In this document: positions 51,901 through 62,360 of the stretch, piece after piece | How the letters are laid out: each line of letters opens with the position of its first letter | How positions within the stretch are numbered: position 1 is the stretch's first letter | DNA from: Lingula anatina | Taxonomy: Eukaryota; Animalia; Brachiopoda | Direction of reading: 5' to 3' | Assembly: GCA_051362555.1 (NCBI GenBank) | Contig: CM120649.1 | Location: 15,004,001-15,068,000, forward strand | DNA length: 64,000 bases | Notes under the pieces: generated by a model | The model's database searches: none | What the model saw: the letters and a program-made list of their open reading frames with translations, nothing else | Told to the model about the DNA's origin: nothing | Translations under genes and position numbers: made by a program

Positions 51901-54900
51901 ACTAACATTTACCATAACTACCCCAAAAATATATATACAAAAACAATGTTAACCACGCATTCCTATTTCCGTGAATCGTGATGATATCAATTTGTCGATT
52001 AGAAATCAAAATGTGACCTACTCTGATGTCACTCCTAATGGACGCAACATCAGCTCCACTTTGGCTTAAATCTCCCCGCAGAGCACTTATCTTGCTGGAC
52101 ATGTCCTGCTGCAAGTCCTGTAATATTATCATTTTATCATATTTCATTTTGTATAGATTAAATTGGCAAACCTCGGTATTAATATCAATTAATATACGAT
52201 ATTTATATACAGTAGCAATCGTATTACTAATTGATTGATTTTCTGTATATTCACAACGAATGAAGCTAAGCCATAAAAGTTATTTAAAGGGGGCCTTTTG
52301 AAATAACCTTTTTGGATATTTTTTTGTAAAAAATGAGAGTTTCAAATGCAGTTGCTACACATAAAACGTTGACGTCACAAAAGTCGATTGACATACAGGC
52401 TGTCAACGTGTACAGCGTAATATAATTACAATATTTGTAAACTCAAGTGCCCCATAAAGGTTTACCTTTTTACTCTGGTTCAGCTTTGCTTCAAGAAGAT
52501 CCAGTCGATCCCTACTGCGTCCACTCGCGTCATTTAAACTGTGTCTGATACTGGAAAAATTCTGTTAAAATAGAAAAATAATTAAATGCCGAAGCTTAGG
52601 ATTAAACATGCTCTGAACACTGTCGCTCAAGTCCAACAACAGGACAAATAAGTTTATTATTTTTATAGTTACATTTTTACTTATCTTTGAAAACACTCTC
52701 ACTGTTAGTAGCCCCTTTACTTTTACAAACATAACATTTGTTTATTTTAAAGCCTGCGCCTAGAAAAAAAAAAAAAAGTATTATTATTCTCATTTGCTTA
52801 ACTTACTTGCTGCATTAACAGCTCCAGCCTGTCCATCTTCCTAAAAGCCTCGGCTGTGCTGTTATCGTTGTTATTTGCCTTCCCACCCAATCTTCCCACT
52901 TCTGCTACCAGTAACTGGAATACGTAATTACATATATCTTTTATAAATTGAAGCTGTGCAAAATGTTATGACGATTATTTCTTTAACATACATGTACATG
53001 TATATGAGGGACAAAAATTATTGCAATGCTGATCTGCATTTTTGCATCAATTCAACAACCTTTTCTTGCAGTTATCAAATACTATGTATCAATGCGTAAA
53101 ATATTGAAAGAGATTAAAAAAAAAAAAAAACAGCTGCTGACTTCTTGTAGCAATTATAAACAAGGCGCGACCATTCAAGATGGCGTCGATTCAATGAACA
53201 TGAGAAGTTGCAACACTCACCTCGTGATCTTGCATTAGACTCTGAAATGAAAAGAAAAATAATTTGTTATCAATTTATTTAATGCAATTTCCAAATATTA
53301 CTTAAAGTTTAATAAAAAAATCTTTTGGAGACATCATTTGATTTAATACATGTATATTCTGTACTCATCTAACGCATTGCCCGGAAATCATGATATTATA
53401 CATGCCAAACGTTTGGATGACGTGATGTGGTGTTTAATACCACTGGAAGGAAAATATTCAACAAAAGTCGCTTTTATTTAAAACAAACTATGACATAAAT
53501 ACCGTTGCCCGTTTACACATGACAGAGATCTGATCAACCATAGCCATATATGACGTCAAAGAAAAAAAAACTGACTATTCAAATGTATCAGATTGCTAAT
53601 ATGCAAAACTACAAAATGTGATTTTCTCTTGCCTTTAGATCATTAAAACTGTCATTCAGCAGTCGCTTGTATTCCTCCAATTGCGCCTTTGTAAACCCGT
53701 GCGATTGTGACAGATCCTAAAATACGAACAGATTGTGGGTTCTTTCAATTCAAATTTAATAATATCTCACATAAAATTTATTCTTAATTTTTAGTATTTA
53801 ATGAGCATGCCAATTTTACTTTTCCATGCGCGCCTCAAATTTTACACAGTGTAACATCTGAGATTACTGTGACGTCACAATGTCAATCATCGAAGGCTTG
53901 TTTATTTCAAAACGAAACCAGACATCTTGTATTTTGTGGTATTACGCTCTTTTCACAAATACAATCAACAAGAAAAATATTTACTTTTTATGATATACAG
54001 GCTCCAACTTAAATTCAGGATGAAATGTAAATGTAGCAGCTTGTTAATGCTCAGAACAATTAAATTAATGTGTTTCTCTTACTGTTAGATGGTTTAAAAA
54101 ATCTTCCATCTGCCGGGCATGTTCTACCAACTGTGCCTTTGTTTTCTGGTGCGCTTGTGTCAGATCCTAAATTGAGAACAGAATATCATTATGTGCTGCA
54201 GGTTCTCTCAATTCAATTTCTAAATTATCTTTTACAGTTTCGAGCATATTTCTGTGTGAAGTAATCATTAACGGGTGCCAATTTGTTTTTCAAACCTGTA
54301 CTGCTAAAATATCACACCAAGCATGCGACAGCTGAGATTACTGTGACATCACTTTGACAACCATAGAAGGAATGCACATTTTAAAACCACAGCATGACAT
54401 TTTGAAAAAACACATCTTGTATTTTGTGTAACGCTTTTTCACATGTGCGATCAACCGCATAATAAGATTATTAACGTTTTATCATACACTACCCTGAGTG
54501 CCAGAACCACTGTGAAGCTAGATTGTTAACTATTGAAACGTTTTCACGCGATAGCTTCACAGTGGTATTGCTGATATGGGTTACATATGAAATCAAGATC
54601 GAGCTGGCAATACCGAAATCTAGAACCTAGGGTATCATACACAGGCTTCAACTTCAAATCGAGGAGTGAAGGAATTGTTGATTCTATCAACATTTAAAAA
54701 AAAGTCCGAAAGACGTTTGGCTCGTAACAATACTCACTTTAATAGAAGCATTATAATGACCCATCAGTATGCGGCGTTCTTGTGCAATGCTCAGATCCTG
54801 GAAAATTAATATGAATATATAGAGTCTATATAAGAGAGTTATCCGTCTTAAGTAACCGTTCAGGACACGTCAGCCGTTTCTATAACTCACATCTACCGAC

Positions 54901-55617
54901 ACGTAATAGGTCGACTTTGGCAATGACAATGCACAGCAGTTAAATCATATGAATAGTAAAACAGAAGGAATTTTTTTTTTTTTTTATTCAGAATAAAATT
55001 TGGATTATTGAATAAGTTTTCTTTGTGTATCTTATACATGAACGTTAGAAGCAGATAAAAACAGAGATTACAGAGGACCTTTTTAAATAAAACCTATACA
55101 AATGCGCAAATAATACTCAAATATCCATATTTTTAGTTAAATTCAGAAGACTTTAATCTCTATTACACAAAAATTCTAAATTCTATTACAAAAAATTCTA
55201 AATTCTATTACACAAAAATTCTAAATCCAACCATAATCTACGTACTTTTGTGCCGACCACAGCGTACTTCTGAATAGCCGACGTCACAGTACTGTTGAAA
55301 AGTCGAGATTTCAGCTCCGCTACTTCCTTGTATAATTTCGCTTCCTGTGACCTCAGTGGACACACAGAGATGAAATCGTAGAGGTACAACCCCGCGAAAA
55401 CGAGCAAAACCACTCCGAACACTTTAGCGCAAGTCTTTATGGCCTTTCCTTTCTTCGAGCTGGCCCAAGGGCGACGACGTAGACGTTTGGAAGCGCGGGT
55501 TTCGTGAGGCGTTAGGGAGTCGAAACTGGTTCGCGATTTGTCCTCATAGTCGGAAGCGCAGGTGCTCCCGTTTTCCTCCCACACAGGTGAATCGGGGAAA
55601 ACGTCCTCTCCCGACAT
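50058..55617 (-). CDS. Tetherin/BST2-topology protein (type II TM - coiled coil - GPI signal), paralogue 1, 438 aa, 13 phase-0 exons
   Basis: Exons 55617-55246, 54797-54738, 54166-54083, 53716-53633 (GC donor), 53241-53221, 52914-52807, 52561-52466, 52117-52022, 51736-51695, 51342-51247, 50968-50927, 50551-50456 and 50177-50058. A ~63-aa tail with a basic patch, TM VFGVVLLVFAGLYLYDFISV, a heptad-rich ectodomain with N-x-S/T sites, and C-terminus ARASSGSTLLQASMTTLSLVFVAVIAPLFM*. The gene structure is seen directly; the tetherin-like label is topological inference. Confidence 0.85.
50151..52485. repeat. Three ~770-790-bp tandem units, each carrying a 96-nt exon
   Basis: Units ~50151-50940, ~50941-51710 and ~51711-52485 share exons (DLQQDMSSKISALRGDLS..), introns and the (CT)n(CA)n tract. 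Confidence 0.92.
54490..54634. mobile_element. 145-bp non-autonomous DNA element with 8-bp TSD
   Basis: Termini TACCCTGAGTGCCAGA / TCTAGAACCTAGGGTA, TSD TCATACAC at 54482-54489 and 54635-54642, and an internal hairpin ACCACTGTGAAGCTA...TAGCTTCACAGTGGT. Absent from the homologous intron segment at ~53990-54000. Confidence 0.8.
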
Positions 55618-56570
55618 TGTCGTCCGATTGCTTTTACTTTTTGATGGTTGGTTAGCTTGAATTATTCAACTGAAAAACAAAAATAAACTATCATCATTAT
55701 CATTTTTATCAATATTATTTTAATATCTTTTATTATTAATGATTACACTGTTCTACTGTCATCAACCAGTTTAAAAATAAAATGTTTAATAGATGAATAA
55801 AAATAGGTATATTATTAACAAATGGACAGGCAGATGGCAAGATATTAAATGAATAGATATAAAATTAAATGGACACATGAATAGACAGCTTTTATTCCCA
55901 GCTGTAACATGTACTCCAATTCGCTTTTTTAATGTTCAGGCTAAATGTTGAAGTCTTTTTAAAATAAACTTTTTAAAAATTCCATATGTTTGTTTTTATT
56001 TGTAATAGGAACCCTGTCTTTTCTGAATGTCTTAACTATTTTTCATAATTGGACTTGGGCCAGTGAAGTTTGGTTCGTGTCTGTAAGTTGAAAAGGATTT
56101 GCCACAGACTCAAGTTGTATATCGCCCCCAATGATAAGGCTGGGGAATATTCTGAGTCGGAATATTTTTCTTCAGAAGTCTGACTGCAGATAGCCTTATC
56201 TTTTACATTTGATAACATTTGCAGCAAAAATACCCGATACTAGTACATATACAGTGTAACAGGCCTGTAGTCAGCAATTTCAAAAGAGGGTTTCTTTTTA
56301 TGAATAACTGTACCTGAATAAAATTTTACCCTAGGGGGACTTTTTCTACGGGCCTGTGTAAAAAAAAAAAAAAGAAAAAAATTAGAATCCCCGTTCGTTC
56401 AAAAAGCTCCAGACCTACGATTACATATTACATAGGATGCCTGGGTTTGCCCGTGTGACCCCCCCCCCCCCCCCCCCCCCAGCTCTGCCTAGCCTTTGTA
56501 GTTGCTTCAGTTTTAAATCAACAATTTTAGTTTTAAATACATCTGACGAACTCACCATGTAGGCCTACGT

Positions 56571-56597
56571 GGGGAAATTAACCAGGTTTCGGTTTCC
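56571..56597 (-). promoter_or_regulatory. ISRE/IRF-E-like element (GGAAACCGAAACC) next to a putative non-coding first exon
   Basis: Plus-strand GGTTTCGGTTTCC at 56585-56597 fits the GAAANNGAAA consensus. A donor CATG|GTGAGT lies at 56556/56555 and a kB-like GGGGAAATT at 56571-56579. Confidence 0.55.
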
Positions 56598-57480
56598 TTA
56601 GCACACCTGATATGTTTCGTATTGGCTAATATCTACGCAGGCATGCTTTGCTGGCCTACCAAGCCATTTATAAATTAGGTCGACTTCAATACAGAAACAT
56701 CCTTTGTGTAAAATCATATTACGAGGCGGCTTGTATTTATTGTTATTATAATAAACTCAGCATTCTTGACCGGCTTTTCAGTCCAAATTGCTGCATTGAA
56801 ATTAATAATAGTGTTATATGTAATAAGTCGTTCGTTTAGTCCACAGGTTTAGAGCATGCAGTGTTAATAGACCCTTATCAGCCTAACCTACAAAGACAAA
56901 CTCTTCATCCAAAATGTCTGAACGTTTTGTAGGCCTAATATTTCTGTCAGTTTAAAACGAAAACTCGGTGAAAAACGGTGGCTTCACATCAGTCACATAG
57001 TTCTCATGTCTAACCACAGCAAAGATACTGTATCTAAATCAATGTATCTAGGGCCTAGACGAGTTAAAAACTAACGCTTCACTCTCCCCCCCCCCTCCCC
57101 CCTCCCTCTAAACATACCTTAACTCGCATCTGCCAACATAGTAAGTTACGCTTCACCCTCGAAGACTCATTACTGCACTGGACCCCTATTTTAATTCTTA
57201 ACTCGTACTAGTAATCAACTTCAATTCAGAAACATATTTTTGATACTGATGTTCAGTATTCGAACTCGTGACACAGAGGCACCGTTTTTTTAAGATCGAC
57301 ATAGACTGATACTGCGCGCCTTCATGCAGAACCAACCGACGGAGAGGAATGGCGCTTGGATTTAAAACAGGAATGAAAAGAAACAGTAGCCGCTCAACAA
57401 ATAAACAAACCAGCTTTACAACGATTTCCTACATTCTAGATCATTCTACACAGGAATCAAACATGTTCAACCTGACTAAC

Positions 57481-57560
57481 CTTCTTCGTCTCCCCTCATA
57501 GAATAGCAGCAAAAGTCTGCATGTCCCTTAAATATCAGTAATCTAGCGAAACTCCGCGAT
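57481..57560 (-). other. Putative upstream non-coding first exon of tetherin-like paralogue 1
   Basis: Strong donor GAAG|GTTAGT at 57481/57480 in a CpG-richer patch. The matching acceptor is TTTTTCAG at 55670-55677, upstream of the ATG. The 5' limit is approximate. Confidence 0.35.
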
Positions 57561-58129
57561 CGAAACCATGACTAGTAAATATTTGCCACTGTCTATTTTA
57601 AACCGTGCCCCAGGGTCAAGTTACAGCGATCACTGCGCATGCCCCGGTCATTTCAATAATAGAAACTTCTCTCTGTTGTTATTTAGATGAACGTTTTTAG
57701 TGTTAATTTCTGAATAGGAGTGAAGTGACTGATTTGTAGACCTAGAGCTGATCTAGTTGACGCCGTCTATTTCTAATCTTGGTTAAGAAAGTAAAGCAAA
57801 ACAGCAATCAAATACACTAAGAGAATCGATGTGGTTCAGGTTCCCATTTTACAGGGGAATCCCCCGCCATCTCCCCCCCCCCCCCCCCCCCCCATTAAAA
57901 GATGGTACTAGTAATCATTTTTAAGATGCTTCTTTTATTTTGAAGTAATCATATGTGCTAATTAGTTTTTTTTCCTTTGTTTCTAATCTTTTATCTTAGG
58001 GAGAAATTATAACGTTTATTGAGGACCACAATGCGCGCAAAATAGGCCCTATACCTAGGCCTATAATGGGGTATTGCACGGGAAGGTTTGACCATGTTTT
58101 ATTTGCTGGGCAACGCAAACTGAATAACT

Positions 58130-58298
58130 CAGGGGCGGATTGAGGCTGTCTTCTGGGCCTTCTGGAAGACGGTCAGATTTTCAAGCTTACATTGATGGGT
58201 ATCCATTTTTTTTCTGCCAGAAGACGGTCAAAAATAGAGGATGGATCAACAAAGATAATTTGGAAGACTGTCAGAAAATATCTCTGGATCCGCCCCTG
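58130..58298. mobile_element. MITE (CAGGGGCGGAT TIR family), copy 3
   Basis: Reverse-complement homologue of 6042-6209 with the same TIRs. The TSD is not clean. Confidence 0.85.
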
Positions 58299-58315
58299 AA
58301 TTAACGAACAGATAT

Positions 58316-58359
<44 letters not shown>

Positions 58360-58864
58360 AAAAAATAAATAAATAAATAAATAAATAAATGTAAAAATAA
58401 AAAACGCGGTAACGTGTAGGCCTACAGTAGTAGTTTTCCAAATAAACATAAGTAATCAACGCAATTGGTAGTGAAGTAGCCTACAATTTGCAGAGATACC
58501 AAATCATTTAGAAATTATGATACATGCATGCTAAACATCAGGGCAGCGTAGGCATATATATATATATAATAAAAAGAAAAAAAAGAACAGCAGCTATTTT
58601 GCCCCAACCGGTTTCATTCTTTCTTCAGGGTGTTTTGTTTATTTGTTACTAGGTGATGTCATAAAGGCTAAAATGTGACGTCTGTAACAATGGGTGTTTA
58701 ATTGTTGCTTTTACCAATGCTATTATCTATTCAATGTAGGTTTATACTTTTTAATGAATTCATTGAATAGATATACATATGAGGCACTGCTGTCATAAAC
58801 AACACAATCAGCATACCTAACGCAGTGGCTTCCCACTGCTGTTGTAAACAACACAATCAGCACA

Positions 58865-58895
<31 letters not shown>

Positions 58896-59816
58896 GGCTA
58901 TGAGAACGCTCGACCACGATTACCTTAATCGTCTATGAACTGTACAAACAAAGTGCACCACAAACAGTTACACTGAATCTACCTTAAATTGCTGATAGGC
59001 CTACTGTTGGCTTCTTCGATGTTGTTTCGCTTTCTAAAACGGTACAGAGTTATTTGCTCTGAGCTTTCCTCTTCACTAACTTCACCCTGGTAAATACACA
59101 ACTGCCAGCAGCTCTTGTAAGCTACGTAACTGTGACCTAACAGGCAATAGACCAATTAAATGCAAGCACGTTCCGAAACCAACATTTGTAGAATCTACGC
59201 ATGCTCAAAGTTCTGGAATTTTTAAAGGGTATTCCCCTTTGCAGTAAATATAAGTACATTAAGTAATGCTGACGTGTCACTGTGTATTTAAAGTTATTTC
59301 AACTTATTGAACATTTATTAATATCTACACCCAAAGTTCAAGTCAAACATATGTGCCGAGCAAAGCGAAAGGGAGATAAGAAATAACAAAACGTACACTG
59401 GTAGCATCAATATCCATATTCAAATCACTGATAATAATTAAACCAACCCTGAAATGAAGCGTGAGCGTCTCTAATACATAGGCCTACGTGAGTCTTTAAA
59501 CCCCGTTTTATGCTAAATGTTGTAATTTTGTTTTACCGTGACTCCATGAATCAATCCAACTAAAGTTGTGGCCCTGATGGGTGATATTCATTTATGGTCA
59601 TTCCAGATCATTCAATTTCCTGTGTTCTGCAAGCTTTTGTTTTTCATTATTTTTTCCCCTGATTGACATCTCCCAATCTCTCTCTCTCTTTCTCTCTCTC
59701 TCCCCCCCCCCCCCCCCCCCAGTGTTGAGACACTTCATCCATGGGTCTAATTCAGATGATAACATTTGATGTAGTATTGTCAAAATTTCAAACCTAAACA
59801 ACTGGTTTTCTTCCAG

Positions 59817-60361
59817 TGGGAACAATCAAATATTCGAAACCAGCCACATGGAAACCAATGCAAGACTTTGTCCACATCGCCTTTATAGAAATAAGTGCTG
59901 CGGCGAAGGAAAAGTATGTAGGGGATTTCATGACACATGGTGAACCATATGATTGTAGCTTGTTTATGGGTGATTTGGGGGATCTAGAAGGTGAAAGAGT
60001 CCAAAAAGATGGCGCCGCTACTGGATATACTGAGGGGATTGTTGTTGGCAACCTTGACATTAACGATTTACTTAAAGGCTATTCTAATCTTCTGTTGGTG
60101 AAATCGGTGGGAGACAAGCCTTTCTCTCGGGAAGGTGACAGTGGTAGCGTTGTCGTTATGAAGTCTGACTGTGCCCCGAACTCCTTGTTGGCAGTTTCGA
60201 TGATTCACAGCGGACTGAATTTAAGGGAAGAGCTAATGTCAAGCGAATCTTCTTATTCACTTACATTTGGCCTCCGTAGAGCTATTACTGATGCTGAGTG
60301 CACACTTGGAGAAAAATTTACGCTTCAACAAAGGTTTAAGGTTGCATCCTACTTCATCTAA
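59817..60361 (+). pseudogene. Orphan terminal exon of a trypsin-like (PA clan) serine protease domain
   Basis: Acceptor TTTTCTTCCAG|TG. The open frame contains VQKDGAATGYTEGIV, FSREGDSGSVV and AVSMIHSG. No upstream coding exons were recognised, and the expected catalytic Asp position reads VHIAFIEI. Confidence 0.6.
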
Positions 60362-60999
60362 CTTCACAACATGAATTGTTCGTTTAGCCAAGGAATTCCC
60401 TGCTACAATTCCTCGGTTTGCCGGTAGCTTATCTATTTTGGCAACAGAAACATTAAACCTGTTAAGATTGCTTGCATTTATTGTTAAACTAGCAGGTAGG
60501 GACGGTAGGTGGCCCCTTTTCCCATGGCAAATATTCCTGCAAAAAGCATATCCCACCCACCCCCGCCCAAAAAAATAGTAAGATTTTTTTGCTTGTAGGC
60601 TACAATTTTTAGATTAGCTACTCCAAGAAGAAATATTTAATATTTGATTGATGTTTTAATTCAAAATGTTTATAGCAGTTTACATAGGTACAGGTACAGT
60701 GTTCTGTTATCACGTTAACACCACTTGTTGGTGTCTGGGTGAGGATATAAACATTTCATACAAACGATAGAAATATGATCTGATAAGCAGGATAATGTTT
60801 GGATATGTAAATATACTCTATAGAATTGGGTCAAAAAATTTTCAACGTTTTTGCACTACAATAATATTTTTTTCTTTGTTATCAGGCTGTCAGGGACCAT
60901 AATGAAAACATTGTAATTAACACTCTTCAGTTTTTCATACATGATATAGTATTAATTCAATCAGTGGAAGTCTTTTTCTGAAAAAAAATCACACATTAT

Positions 61000-62289
61000 T
61001 TTCTGCGTCAGCTCAAATTACATCATTTTTTTCATAGCCATATCAACTTTACAAAAAAATCATATCGTTTGTGCCACATGGAAAGTCGAAACACGTTTTG
61101 TTAGCTTTCAGTTTGGAAACGTGAAAATTTCCATTAAAATAAATGTGCACCTTTTAAAGTGAGCATTTAGTCTACATTATAAAAGTAATAAATAACGATT
61201 GATAAATGCAGTAAGAAAAATACAAAAAAGCTTCATAAGCTGATTGTACATATACTTCCAAAGCACATTGTGGCTTTAATGTTAAAAATGCGTGATAAAA
61301 ATAAAATTGCATTGCACTTCTATGTACATCTTTACACTTTGATTTTTCAAAATTGCATTGCACTTCTATGTTCATCTTTACACTTTGATTTTTCAAAATA
61401 AACCTTTAAAGTCTCTGATATGTGAATAATACATGTAAAACCAAACGCGATTTTCAGCAAAGTGAATATGGAAAACAAATAGCTCCAAAAACGAGCGACA
61501 CTAAATTATGCGCTCACAAGACCTTCAAAGATGGCCACATGTAAGTTGCACATAGCAGTTCACAAATACATATTTAAGGGCATTAAAAATATCTTCTTTT
61601 GTACAACACAGCTACTTTTCTACAATACAATACAATACGATACAATACAATACAATACAATACAATACAATAGTCAACATGATCGATCTTTCGGCATCAA
61701 GTTTAATGCTATTGAATGTAATGACACACTCATTGGCAACAGAAAAATAAAAAAGTACTAAAAAGGCATAATAATTATACACAGTCTGTATAAAAGGTTA
61801 GATACGTAGATACTGAGTTCACTTAACAAAAACAGATCACCACTGATGATATAAAACATCGGTGGGAGGTCCTTTTATACTTGTCCCTTAGTGCTAAAAA
61901 CCAGTAGTTTTCGGAAGCTGGTTAAGTACGAGTGTTTTGGCTTGTATCCTATCACAATCAAGCTTTAAAAGAAATAAACATGCACTTAAGTCAACTTTAC
62001 AGTGGGGGCTCGCAATGAAACCGGTCTTCTGTTGACGGCTATGACACTAAATCCCGTTTACAAGTGTCCTACATGAAAAGTGGCGCGAATACTGATACAA
62101 ATAGTAAGGGCAGTGTGGTCATGGAAGCTTGCAGAAGTGTTGATCCCGAGAGGGCGAGAGCCAGCCTATCGTATTTTCCTCTCAATTCCTGTAAGGAAAA
62201 ACGAAAGGAAAATGATCAAGACTTAGATGAGTGCCTCTCAAAAGCGAAGCAAAATGTACTGTCGGTATTTTGTAATTTAATGTGAAAGT

Positions 62290-62360
<71 letters not shown>

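Larger units (their letters stand above)
48895..53545. repeat. Segmental duplication, copy 1 (paralogous to ~61000-64000)
   Basis: Collinear near-identity of 3' flank, introns and exons, for example CGTCAGCTCAAATTACA at ~48904 and ~61006 through ACACATGACAG.GATC.GATCAA at ~53515 and ~63973. Confidence 0.92.

Noticed and set aside
50151-52485. Regularly spaced repeats as a CRISPR-like array
   Set aside because: The units are ~780-bp exon/intron duplications with no unique spacers, in a eukaryotic context.
55652-56558. ATG at the 56556 donor as an N-terminal extension of the tetherin-like protein
   Set aside because: Spliced to 55669 it reads MLNNSS* and is out of frame with the main ATG. At most it is a uORF.
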